From Deltaproteobacteria bacterium (GTDB lineage Bacteria > Desulfobacterota > GWC2-55-46 > UBA9637): a stretch of 51,842 bases of DNA. The translations under genes were made by a program, and so were the position numbers. Of this stretch, positions 25,496 to 33,933 are shown piece after piece. The stretch spans positions 3,851 through 55,692 of the forward strand of contig JBBTFC010000068.1 in assembly GCA_038042015.1 (NCBI GenBank), written 5' to 3'. The notes beneath the pieces were generated by a model that ran no database searches, was not told the origin of the DNA, and was given only the letters and a program-made list of their open reading frames with translations. The first letter of the stretch is position 1. Every line of letters starts with the position of its first letter.

Positions 25496-27685
25496 CTATA
25501 GCCTCAATGATGCGCTCGCAAAAACAGAGTCAGTATGGTCATTCGTTACATTATCTGTTTTTGTGCCGCTATAGCCGACACGTAGGCTAAGCCTTGAAAC
25601 CGGCGTCCAACTGATATCAGCCCCCCTGTTTATAACATCCCCTGAAATACCATATCTTGCGCTTGTCTGTATATTCCTGGACGGAAGCCATGTAATGTTA
25701 TAGGTTTGCGAGCTGGTTGGTTCTATGCCTATTGAAGTTGAAAGATATATATTCCTTGTTGGTGTATATGAAATGACCGTATTGAGCGACTGGCTGCTGG
25801 AATCTGTCTCTTTCCCCGCAGTTTCAGTAGCGCTGTCTGAGGTTCCAGCATTTACAATTATAGTCATGGACCTCCATGGAATAAGATTCAGATTTCCGTA
25901 AGAATTTATAGAGTTTGTCTTAGAGTTTGCCTTAATGTCCTTTGATTCACTCATACTGCTTCCAAGACCAAGGTCAACACCTTTGTAAAGATTCATAAAT
26001 AAATTGCCGCTTATTGAATTGGTCTTTGAATTTGTTTCTCCGCCTGTTAAGGCCTCGCTGTAACCATAATTCAAGCTTGCATTTAATGTCGGAAGCGGAC
26101 TTGACGAGATGGACAGGGAATAACTGTCTGCGCCGGTCTCTGTTGAACCGGTCGTTGATTTTGAACTGGCATTTGATGTGCTATAACTTGCGGAAAGATT
26201 AAGATACTGAGGCACAATAACAGAACTCAGTCCTGCCCCTTGGCCTATATTAGTTGTATCAGTGTCATTGATATTAGGGTCATTGAAGTCCTGGGTAGCA
26301 TGGTCGTAGGTAAGATTATAACTCATGTTCAGCCGTGTAAGCGGCGAAAATGAAAGACCAAAACCGCCAAAATCTCTGGTTGTAGTAAATCTAACTATCT
26401 CTGTCGGCGTTGAAGTAAGATGCCCTATGGCCTCAATCTCGGTCACATTTATTGTCCCCGCTCCGGCAGGGAATTGGGTGTTTACAACCTTAAAATATAG
26501 GGCGCTGGTCTCTGATGAAAAGGTAAAGACAATTCCCGTTCCTGTCAACCCCCCCGGGCTACTGATTACTGGATTATAAGATGTTGTTACACCTATTGAT
26601 GCCCAATTTGTCCCGTCGCTGCTTGTATATAATTGCCAGCCAAAGTTATTAGAAGAAACATAGGCGGCAATATTCGGATCTGCTGTGTTTATGTAAAGAT
26701 TTATCTTGAACACAGATTGAGATGTTGTAAGTTTGATGCCTATATTTCTATCTAAGCCATTCAGGTCTATCCCTGCGGATGAAGTAGTATTATTGTCTAT
26801 CAAAGCAGGTGTACTGGCAAGTGGGTCAACAGTGGGTGTACTATCTAAAGCAAACAGGCCATCAGATGCTGTACGCTTTGCGTCAAATTGTTGAGGCGCA
26901 CCCAGACTTTTAGTTGTTGTTTCCGACTGACTATAGCCCATATTTGCATTTGTATTTATCTTCTTATCCCAAAATGACCTGACAAGACCCGCTGACACAA
27001 GGTGTAATTGAGTCTCGTTTCTGGTTTTGCCGACTCTATCTATTACAATAGGGTCTGAAAATGAATAATTCAGGTTAGTTGCTGTTTCAAGAAAACTAAA
27101 ACCATAAGCTGTATTAAAGCCCTGATTGATGGACATAGTATCTAATTTATGAGGATCGAGATAATCGTTATTTGTTGCCTGATTATAAAAAAGCGAGACA
27201 GAAGGCCATCTGTCGCCAGGTAGGATAAAAGAGGCATTCATATTGGAGATTGAAATAGGGTCCCCGCCAGGGGGCAGACTCTCATTTCTTGTATAACTGA
27301 GGGATAGATAATATAAATCAACGACAGGCGGTGTATAGTTTAGAAAAAACATCGGAAATATGTCCGATGTCTCTTTTCCATTTACAATAAATCTCGACAA
27401 CCGCACATTGGCCAAAATCATTATTGTGGAGGTCGGGGCATGGCTCAGGCCAAATGTATAACTTTCATTATAGCTGGAACTTTCAGTAGTCTTACCGCCG
27501 CTGGATGTAGTAGTCTTTTGATAACTCATATCTGCGCTGGCATCTATAGCAAATACAGCATTTGGTCTCACAAGGCTTATAAACGCTATTACAAAGAAAA
27601 GTAAGGCAGTTAGACCTGCTCCGCAAGACCCTTTTCCTATATTATAAGTAGAGACGTCCGCGTGGGGCGTCTCTACGGAGTTCAT
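25496..27685 (-). CDS. Large outer-membrane-type beta-barrel protein with an inserted discoidin (F5/8 type C)-like domain
   Basis: The signal peptide is LTALLFFVIAFISLVRPNAVFA. The sequence is S/T/N/G/Y-rich with alternating-hydrophobic strands throughout. Residues encoded at about 26420-26878 form a distinct domain (IDLNGLDRNIGIKL...FGWQLYTSSDGTNWASIG...ALYFKVVN...INVTEIEAIG). The start is placed at ATG 27685, 1 nt after the upstream stop. Confidence 0.7.
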   Translation of the reverse strand: MNSVETPHADVSTYNIGKGSCGAGLTALLFFVIAFISLVRPNAVFAIDASADMSYQKTTTSSGGKTTESSSYNESYTFGLSHAPTSTIMILANVRLSRFIVNGKETSDIFPMFFLNYTPPVVDLYYLSLSYTRNESLPPGGDPISISNMNASFILPGDRWPSVSLFYNQATNNDYLDPHKLDTMSINQGFNTAYGFSFLETATNLNYSFSDPIVIDRVGKTRNETQLHLVSAGLVRSFWDKKINTNANMGYSQSETTTKSLGAPQQFDAKRTASDGLFALDSTPTVDPLASTPALIDNNTTSSAGIDLNGLDRNIGIKLTTSQSVFKINLYINTADPNIAAYVSSNNFGWQLYTSSDGTNWASIGVTTSYNPVISSPGGLTGTGIVFTFSSETSALYFKVVNTQFPAGAGTINVTEIEAIGHLTSTPTEIVRFTTTRDFGGFGLSFSPLTRLNMSYNLTYDHATQDFNDPNINDTDTTNIGQGAGLSSVIVPQYLNLSASYSTSNASSKSTTGSTETGADSYSLSISSSPLPTLNASLNYGYSEALTGGETNSKTNSISGNLFMNLYKGVDLGLGSSMSESKDIKANSKTNSINSYGNLNLIPWRSMTIIVNAGTSDSATETAGKETDSSSQSLNTVISYTPTRNIYLSTSIGIEPTSSQTYNITWLPSRNIQTSARYGISGDVINRGADISWTPVSRLSLRVGYSGTKTDNVTNDHTDSVFASASLRL
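27648..27676. repeat. GC-rich palindrome, GTAGAGRCG family, copy 3 (inside the 5' end of the barrel CDS)
   Basis: gtagagacgtccgcgtggggcgtctctac has outer arms forming a near-perfect inverted repeat. It is translated as VETPHADVST, upstream of the signal peptide. Confidence 0.8.
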
Positions 27686-27686
27686 G

Positions 27687-29129
27687 TCATCTTTCAAGCA
27701 ATAGCGCCCCATATGGACTCTTTCCAACAAAGAGTTCTTTTAACACCCTTTCCCCTATCGGGTCAAGAAGAGAGACCGTATTATCTCCATAATTTGTTAC
27801 ATAAAGGCGGTTTCTTTTTTCATCGCCCGCAAGCCCTGTCGGCATTATTCCAACCGGTATAGTCCTTGTAACAACATCCTGAGAGTTAAAAAATGTAAGT
27901 GTATTTGCAGCGGTATTTGCGACAAAAAGTCTCTTGCTGAATCCCTGCATACCCCTTTTAGGAGGGCCTTCGACAGATATGGTTGCAACCACTTTTCTTA
28001 AAGAAGGGGAGATAATGCTTATCCTGTTGGATCCTTCGTTAAAGACATATATCTTATCTTTGCCGGCATCATCTTTGCCGACAAAAACACCTGTCGGCCT
28101 GTTATCCACTGTAATATTAGCAACCAGTGTGTCATCAATGGCGTTTATGATGCTTAGATTGTTTGATCTCTCGTTTGTCACGTAAACTTCCTTCCTGACA
28201 GCGTCCGCAGCAATGCCTGAAGGGCCTATCCCAACAGCAATGCTCTTTAATGTGCGCTTTGCTACAGTACTCACCACTGTAACATCATTGGATATCCGGT
28301 TTGCAATATAAAGTTTGCCTTCAATTAAATTGTTATCATCAGGTATAATTACTATATCTACCGGTAATATTCCTGCTGTCAGATAGATTGTATCCAGCAC
28401 AGAAAAGCGGGTTACATCCACTACAGATATATTCCTTGAAGCGGAGTTTACAACATAAAGCCTGTCCTGTGTGGCATTTAATGCCATACCCATTGGTCTG
28501 TCGCCAACTGTTACAGCGCCTATAACCCTTTCAAGGCTTCTGTCTATTATGGATATATAGTTTGACGCGCTGTTTGATATAAACAAGAGCAGCTCTCTTG
28601 CCGAAGGTATCTGTGTTTCTATTTCTATAGATGGCTGAAAAATATGCCCCTTTTCAATAGATTTCTCAGTGTCCCATACAAGAGAAACTGCTGAGATTTC
28701 CTTTCTTTGCAACCTGATATTCGATTTTATCACAACCTCTCCACCAGGCTGCGGAAGGGCAAGGCTTACATGACCATCTCTTCCCATGACAGATGCCCTT
28801 GAAATGATTAGTTTCAGACCTTTATACTGACCAGGCTCTACAGCCGCTTCTTTTAAGAGTATCTGCCTGTCAATCAAACCAGTGGACATTATGTCAACCG
28901 GACTATCTATCAGATTTATCCATCTGTTGTCTTCTGCCTGAAGTTTAATTTCAGATATTGTGAAGGCTATATTCGGAGGGGCAAGCGATGTTGAGTGCAT
29001 ATAAATAAGAAGCCTTGCAGCGGAAGAAGAGGATAGTGGTGGTGAGGTATCTATCAGCCATTTCTCGCAAGAGATAAATAGCAAAGAAGACAGCAGAAGA
29101 AAAAAAAGATATATCCTTTTAAAGGTCAC
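27687..29129 (-). CDS. Lipoprotein with DUF4382-like N-domain and YVTN-type beta-propeller
   Basis: It has a GTG start with GAGG upstream, and the lipobox LLFISC. Repeats include LYVVNSASRNISVVD, LYIANRISNDVTVVS, VYVTNERSNNLSIIN, IYVFNEGSNRISIIS, LFVANTAANTLTFFN and LYVTNYGDNTVSLLD. Confidence 0.75.
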   Translation of the reverse strand: MTFKRIYLFFLLLSSLLFISCEKWLIDTSPPLSSSSAARLLIYMHSTSLAPPNIAFTISEIKLQAEDNRWINLIDSPVDIMSTGLIDRQILLKEAAVEPGQYKGLKLIISRASVMGRDGHVSLALPQPGGEVVIKSNIRLQRKEISAVSLVWDTEKSIEKGHIFQPSIEIETQIPSARELLLFISNSASNYISIIDRSLERVIGAVTVGDRPMGMALNATQDRLYVVNSASRNISVVDVTRFSVLDTIYLTAGILPVDIVIIPDDNNLIEGKLYIANRISNDVTVVSTVAKRTLKSIAVGIGPSGIAADAVRKEVYVTNERSNNLSIINAIDDTLVANITVDNRPTGVFVGKDDAGKDKIYVFNEGSNRISIISPSLRKVVATISVEGPPKRGMQGFSKRLFVANTAANTLTFFNSQDVVTRTIPVGIMPTGLAGDEKRNRLYVTNYGDNTVSLLDPIGERVLKELFVGKSPYGALLLER

Positions 29130-29390
29130 ACAAACCTCGTTTAAAAGATTAGGTTGGCTGCCTCAACTGAATTAAGAGTTGTTGTATTAGTTCGAAACCT
29201 GATATTAACAAGCTGATTTTGTAGGTTCAGACTTTATTTCTCTATCATATCTAAAAACACATTGCAAGAAAAATATTGAGGTCTGTCCGGACTATATTTC
29301 ACCTGATTTATTTGATGACTTTTTCTGATTTCTCTGATATAAATTTTTGTATGCATTAGGCTTCGGATTAGCTTTGAGAGGGTTTTAATT

Positions 29391-29582
29391 ATGACTTATT
29401 TTCTAAGCGTACTGGGTTTGGTGCTGGTAATTGAGGGATTGCCATATTTTGCATTTCCTGCAAAAATAAAAGAGTGGGCTATCTCTCTGCAAGAGTTGCC
29501 GGAGAGGACACTCCGCATTATGGGTTTTGTCTCCATAACAGCAGGTTTGCTTCTGGTCTATTTGGGCAGGAGGGTGTTTTGA
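29391..29582 (+). CDS. DUF2065-like small membrane protein
   Basis: 63 aa with two hydrophobic helices and an EGLPYFAFP motif. Confidence 0.6.
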   Translation: MTYFLSVLGLVLVIEGLPYFAFPAKIKEWAISLQELPERTLRIMGFVSITAGLLLVYLGRRVF

Positions 29583-30709
29583 AAAAGGGGATAAAGGTGC
29601 GGTGGTTTACTGCTTACTGTTTACTGCTTTTTTTATTTTCCTGCGCCAGAGATACCTCTATTCCCTTCTCACAAAGCAAAGAAAAGATTAGGATTGCGGT
29701 ATTGAAAGGCGCAAGAGACCTGAAAATAGGCGGGGTTGGGATAACAGCAGCCGGAATTGAATTTAATAAAGACAATACAGCGCTGGTTGTCTTGGAAGAA
29801 GACACCTTAAGTATAAATGGCAAAAAGATACCGGATTCGTCGGTAATATTCTCTTCAGAAAACGGTATACTCTATTTGAACAGTCGTCCGTTCAGAGGGA
29901 AAATAGAGGTCATAAAAGACCAACGGGGGATTTTGGTTGTAAATGAATTGCCGTTAGAGTTTTATATAACCGGCCTTATCAATAACGAGATATCTTCAAA
30001 ATGGCCGATAGAGGTTGTAAAAACGCAGGCTGTTATTGCGCGAACTTATGCTCTATATCAGAAGAAGAAAAAAGGCGCAGTAGCCTATCACATGGAATCA
30101 ACCGTTGCAGATCAAGTCTATTCAGGGAGCATTGCCGAGGATGACAGTTCCATTTATGCTGTTAAGGAGACTGTTGGCGAGGTATTGACCTATAACGGAG
30201 AATTAGCGCTGACTGTCTATCATTCAAACGGCGGCGGCGCAACAGAGGATTCTAAAAATATCTGGGGCAAGGACTATCCATATCTGCGGCAGGTACAAAG
30301 CCCGTTTGATAAGGATTCCCCTAATTTTTCATGGATGCTGAATATAAGCCCGGAGTCCGTTGAAACAGCATTGAAGGGCGCAGGTTATCCGGCAGTAGAT
30401 ATCAAAAATATAACACCTTTATCCAGGACAAACAGCGGCAGGATAACAAGATTAAGGATACTTCATGGCAAAGGAGAATTAGAGATAAGCGGCGAGGACT
30501 TAAGAAAGGCTATCGGCTATGACAAGCTCAAAAGCGCCATGTTTACCGTTGAAATGACAGACGGGTTATTTGTGTTTAACGGGAAGGGCTCCGGCCACGG
30601 CGTAGGATTATCACAGTGGGGCGCAAAAGGCATGGCGCAGGAGGGACACAGCTATACTGAAATACTTAAGCATTTCTATCCCGGCACAAGCCTTGAGCGG
30701 ATATATTGA
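29579..30709 (+). CDS. SpoIID/LytB-domain lipoprotein
   Basis: The start is set at TTG 29579, with AGGAGGG 4-5 nt upstream, overlapping the DUF2065 stop. This gives MKKGIKVRWFTAYCLLLFLFSC (lipobox). The SpoIID core shows VVKTQAVIARTYAL and YHSNGGGATED. Confidence 0.8.
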   Translation: MKKGIKVRWFTAYCLLLFLFSCARDTSIPFSQSKEKIRIAVLKGARDLKIGGVGITAAGIEFNKDNTALVVLEEDTLSINGKKIPDSSVIFSSENGILYLNSRPFRGKIEVIKDQRGILVVNELPLEFYITGLINNEISSKWPIEVVKTQAVIARTYALYQKKKKGAVAYHMESTVADQVYSGSIAEDDSSIYAVKETVGEVLTYNGELALTVYHSNGGGATEDSKNIWGKDYPYLRQVQSPFDKDSPNFSWMLNISPESVETALKGAGYPAVDIKNITPLSRTNSGRITRLRILHGKGELEISGEDLRKAIGYDKLKSAMFTVEMTDGLFVFNGKGSGHGVGLSQWGAKGMAQEGHSYTEILKHFYPGTSLERIY

Positions 30710-31797
30710 TGAGGCTTGAAGAGTTTAATTATTACCTTCCAAAGGGGCTTATTGCCCAGTTTCCATGCGAGAGGCGGGATAAATCCAAGCTGATGATCCT
30801 GAGTAAAAAGGATGGAACCATTGAACATAGAAACTTTTCTGATTTAACAGAATATCTTAAGCCAGGCGATATTTTGATATTAAACAACACCAAGGTTATA
30901 CCCGCAAGACTCTTTGGGAAGAAAACAACAGGCGGCGCTGTAGAAGTCCTATTGATACAGGAAAGAGAAATTTCTCAGCCGCTGCCAGATAACGCCCAAA
31001 GCGCCGTACGCCCGATATCCCAAACATGGAGTTGTCTTATAAGTAAAACCACGGGTATTAAAAAAGGTTCCGTGATTGTCTTTGAACATGGGCTAAAGGC
31101 TGTAATTATAGAAAAAGATGTTGATGGACATTGGGTTATTGAACTTTATGCGGATATTGAAATAGATAAGGCAATTGAGATGGCCGGAAAGATGCCTCTT
31201 CCGCCGTATATTAAAAGGGATAAAGGACAGGATAAATCTTCCGAATTCGATAAAGAAAGGTACCAGACTGTATTTGCAAAAGAAAAAGGCGCTATAGCAG
31301 CGCCGACAGCAGGACTGCATTTTACAGATGAACTTTTAAAAAAGATTCAGTCTCTCGGAGTGAAAATTTTTTATATAACCCTACACACAGGCATCGGCAC
31401 ATTTAAGTCTGTAAAGACCGAGGATATAACAGAACACAAAATGGAGTCCGAACATTATAATATTGACCGTGCCGTATTTGAGGCTATAAAAAAGGCAAAA
31501 ATGGAAAACCGGCGGGTCGTTACGGTTGGATCAACTGCAACAAGGGCATTGGAGGCAATGGCGCAGCATGGCTGGGTAAGGCCAATCTTAAGCGGCGCCA
31601 CAGATATATTTATCTATCCTGGATATAAATTTAATACAGCGGATGCCATTATCACAAATTTTCACCTTCCAAAATCAACCCTTATTATATTAGCGGCGGC
31701 ATTTACAGGAAGGGAATTTATTATGAGGGCGTATGAAGAGGCCATAAGGTTTAGGTATAGATTTTTCAGTTATGGCGATGCAATGATGATATTGTAA
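30706..31797 (+). CDS. queA: S-adenosylmethionine:tRNA ribosyltransferase-isomerase
   Basis: 363 aa with the motifs FNYYLPKGLIAQFP, LNNTKVIPARL, LPPYIKR, TAGLHFT and YRFFSYGDAMMI. Confidence 0.93.
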   Translation: MMRLEEFNYYLPKGLIAQFPCERRDKSKLMILSKKDGTIEHRNFSDLTEYLKPGDILILNNTKVIPARLFGKKTTGGAVEVLLIQEREISQPLPDNAQSAVRPISQTWSCLISKTTGIKKGSVIVFEHGLKAVIIEKDVDGHWVIELYADIEIDKAIEMAGKMPLPPYIKRDKGQDKSSEFDKERYQTVFAKEKGAIAAPTAGLHFTDELLKKIQSLGVKIFYITLHTGIGTFKSVKTEDITEHKMESEHYNIDRAVFEAIKKAKMENRRVVTVGSTATRALEAMAQHGWVRPILSGATDIFIYPGYKFNTADAIITNFHLPKSTLIILAAAFTGREFIMRAYEEAIRFRYRFFSYGDAMMIL

Positions 31798-31814
31798 TTG
31801 CAAATGGCAGATTG

Positions 31815-31844
31815 ACAACTTTATACAGCAGGCAGTTGTTTTAT
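31815..31844 (+). terminator. Weak candidate terminator after queA
   Basis: The acaact/agttgt 6-bp stem has a 13-nt loop and is followed by TTTTAT. The stem is short, so confidence is low. Confidence 0.3.
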
Positions 31845-31994
31845 CAAAAAAAACGCAACCTCCTACACAAACTTATTAAATCGGAAATAGAATGTCTATA
31901 ACTTTTGCCTTTTTTACTCAAATAATGTATGTGAAAAATACAGGAAGGCTGTTGACCAGCTGAAATGCGGTTGGATACTCAAGTATCCGCAAAG

Positions 31995-32023
31995 ATTATA
32001 GGGTTGGCAAAGAGGGAATACAA
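31995..32023 (-). promoter_or_regulatory. Orphan near-consensus sigma70-type promoter inside a convergent spacer
   Basis: The minus strand reads TTGTAT-N17-TATAAT (-35 at 32023-32018, -10 at 32000-31995). No annotated gene lies downstream. An overlapping plus-strand TTGGCA-N18-TATAAC (32004-32033) faces the other way. Confidence 0.4.
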
Positions 32024-32202
32024 AAGATATAACGATTCCTACATCTTGGCAGCTATCTTAATGAGTTTATCTTTCGGTTTAACCGAAGGACATCAGCCCA
32101 CCGCGGTAAGCTTTTTTTACGTTTAGCGCAACAGTCTGTGGCAGTGGAGCCTGTTCCCTATGCATGTCTAATAAAAGGCGTCCGGGAAGGGGGAAGAACT
32201 AA

Positions 32203-32249
32203 TTCAAAAACACAAACGCTTGGGGTATGTGCTGTCAAGTGCATACCCC
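32203..32249 (-). terminator. Intrinsic terminator after the triheme lipoprotein gene
   Basis: The hairpin ggggtatgtgc-tgtcaa-gtgcatacccc (32222-32249) is followed on the minus strand by AAGCGTTTGTGTTTTTG. Confidence 0.6.
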
Positions 32250-32257
32250 ATATCACT

Positions 32258-33313
32258 TTATTTTGATACCGTCTGAGGCTTTTTGGGCGATGTATGACAT
32301 CTATTACAATCAGTAAATGGAAATGCTATCTTGCCATGACATCTGCCGCAAAATTTGTTATCAACAATCATACCTACCATTGTTATGTTGTTTGCCCCCC
32401 TCACAGGGATAAATATCTTTGGATGACAGATTTCACACTTTAGCCACCATGTATGGATATAATGGGGAAAGACAACGTCTTTTACAAAATTGCTTTTAGT
32501 CTCTATCAAAATATTAAAATCAAAAGGTGGAATATCCTCGGCATCAGGGTCTAATGAGTGTCTTGGTGTAAGGGCATTCTCTTTCACAGCCTTTGCCCAA
32601 TCTATCAGACCATATTTATCCTTTGGAAGCACGTTTGAGGCAAGGGCTGCAGGGTGCCAAGCGCCCCCCAGTTTGTATGATGCGCTGGGAGAACCTGATT
32701 TCTTCGGATCTCCTGTTCCCGCCAGATTGCCCTTTGTATCCAAATACAGGGCACTCTTCGGATCATCTGGATTAAGAAAGGGAGATGTCTTTTTTTCTTT
32801 TTCTTCGGAGGAAATAACTGTTATGCCGGTAGGATTAAAAATGATAAGAGGAGCGGATGTCTTTTTTTCTTTTTCTTCGGAGGGAATAACCGGTAAGGTT
32901 ACCGCAGGCGCTACAGACGTTCTTTCAGGCTCTGGTCTGACAACCGTGATATTTGTTTCTGTATTTTCTGCTATAGGTAAAGCAGGCACAGCAATAGGTT
33001 TTTGGGACGGCACTGGAGCAGGGGCAGGTGCTACTACTATCACTGATTTTACCTCAACAGGGGGGGCAGCAGGTTTTGGCGCTTCTGCCACTACCTCTAC
33101 AGCAGTAGGAGAAGGCGCTGTAGCAGATTTTTCTGCCTCTGCTGTTTCTTCCATCCCTGTAGTAACAACAGAAGGTTCTGTTGTTACTACGGGGGTATTG
33201 GCTGACATGGCAGGTTCTGTAAAAGGTTTTGGATTTGAACAACCAATAAAGACTGTGAAGATAACCAGTGGAATAACCCTGGAAATACATTTCATTAAGT
33301 AAAGCCTATTCAT
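32258..33313 (-). CDS. Lipoprotein with Pro/Ala/Val-rich linker and C-terminal c7-type triheme module
   Basis: The lipobox is FTVFIGC. A roughly 130-aa P/A/V/T/E-rich linker carries a duplicated SEEKEKKTS unit. The C-terminus is FPHYIHTWWLKCEICHPKIF...FCGRCHGKIAF...CNRCH. Confidence 0.8.
   Translation of the reverse strand: MNRLYLMKCISRVIPLVIFTVFIGCSNPKPFTEPAMSANTPVVTTEPSVVTTGMEETAEAEKSATAPSPTAVEVVAEAPKPAAPPVEVKSVIVVAPAPAPVPSQKPIAVPALPIAENTETNITVVRPEPERTSVAPAVTLPVIPSEEKEKKTSAPLIIFNPTGITVISSEEKEKKTSPFLNPDDPKSALYLDTKGNLAGTGDPKKSGSPSASYKLGGAWHPAALASNVLPKDKYGLIDWAKAVKENALTPRHSLDPDAEDIPPFDFNILIETKSNFVKDVVFPHYIHTWWLKCEICHPKIFIPVRGANNITMVGMIVDNKFCGRCHGKIAFPFTDCNRCHTSPKKPQTVSK
32784..32890. repeat. 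Direct 35-nt repeat with 72-nt period inside the CDS
   Basis: gatgtctttttttctttttcttcggagg[a/g]aataac occurs at 32784-32818 and 32856-32890. It encodes the duplicated (I/S)SEEKEKKTS segment. Confidence 0.85.
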
Positions 33314-33351
33314 CTTTTTCTCCTTTCATACTCTCATATCCTAATCTATAG

Positions 33352-33756
33352 TTATTTTGCCGCCGGCTTAGCTTCTTCCGGCTTAGCTTCTTCCCATGGT
33401 GGAGGTCCTGCATAAGGCGGAATAGGACCATTCCATGAATGACAACGTTCACAAAACATAGGTTCCCATGCAATGATACCATTGTGGCATTTGCCGCAAA
33501 ATTGTCCATTCATTATGGCATCCATATTTATATCGTTATCCCCTCTCCGCAAGATAAATATGTCTTCATGGCAGACCCTGCATCTAAATCTAATCCTGTG
33601 AAGCCAATGGGGAAATAACACTGGTCTAACCGAAGCCTTGCGCATGGCCTCTTTTTTCCTTGCAATGACAATGTCGCCGTATTCCGCATAGCCTATATTT
33701 ACACCAATGATTCCAGCTATAAGCATCAACAATACAAAAATAACTTTTCTTTTCAT
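33352..33756 (-). CDS. Small membrane-anchored c7-type triheme cytochrome
   Basis: The start is set at ATG 33756 (MKRKVIFVLLMLIAGIIG), with GGAGGG 9 nt upstream. The module is FPHWLHRIRFRCRVCHEDIF...FCGKCHNGIIAW...CERCH. Confidence 0.8.
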   Translation of the reverse strand: MKRKVIFVLLMLIAGIIGVNIGYAEYGDIVIARKKEAMRKASVRPVLFPHWLHRIRFRCRVCHEDIFILRRGDNDINMDAIMNGQFCGKCHNGIIAWEPMFCERCHSWNGPIPPYAGPPPWEEAKPEEAKPAAK

Positions 33757-33933
33757 TCTGCTCACCCTCCATTTCAACCTAATTTATGCCTAACTTTGTA
33801 AAGTTTTGGTAGTTTACCTAATTTGCTCCGAAAATGCATATTAGCGTACAGCGTAGAGCGGATAGATATGCGCTTCTTCTATAAGCTATCCGCTATTTTC
33901 ATCCCCCTTTGTAAGCCAAATGCCCGTGTGGGT

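Noticed and set aside
29474-29578. Upstream extension of the SpoIID ORF that overlaps the DUF2065 gene in another frame
   Set aside because: TTG 29579 has a perfect AGGAGGG RBS and yields a proper lipoprotein signal peptide. The extension would overlap 100 nt of a plausible upstream gene.
31798-32257. Possibility that the long spacer encodes RNase P RNA, tmRNA, 6S RNA or a riboswitch
   Set aside because: I found none of the diagnostic motifs: no GAGGAAAGUCC-type P4 for RNase P, no tRNA-like acceptor/T-arm or tag ORF for tmRNA. A riboswitch is unlikely because both flanking genes point into the spacer. It is kept only as a generic sRNA candidate.
32490-33302. 270-aa plus-strand ORF
   Set aside because: It is antisense to the Pro/Ala/Val-rich linker of the triheme lipoprotein. 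GC-rich, stop-poor codons generate long shadow ORFs. Its product is low-complexity, and the minus-strand frame has a lipobox and heme motifs.
33306-33509. 67-aa minus-strand ORF overlapping the 3' part of the small triheme gene
   Set aside because: It is in a different frame of the same strand, overlaps two real genes, and has no RBS.
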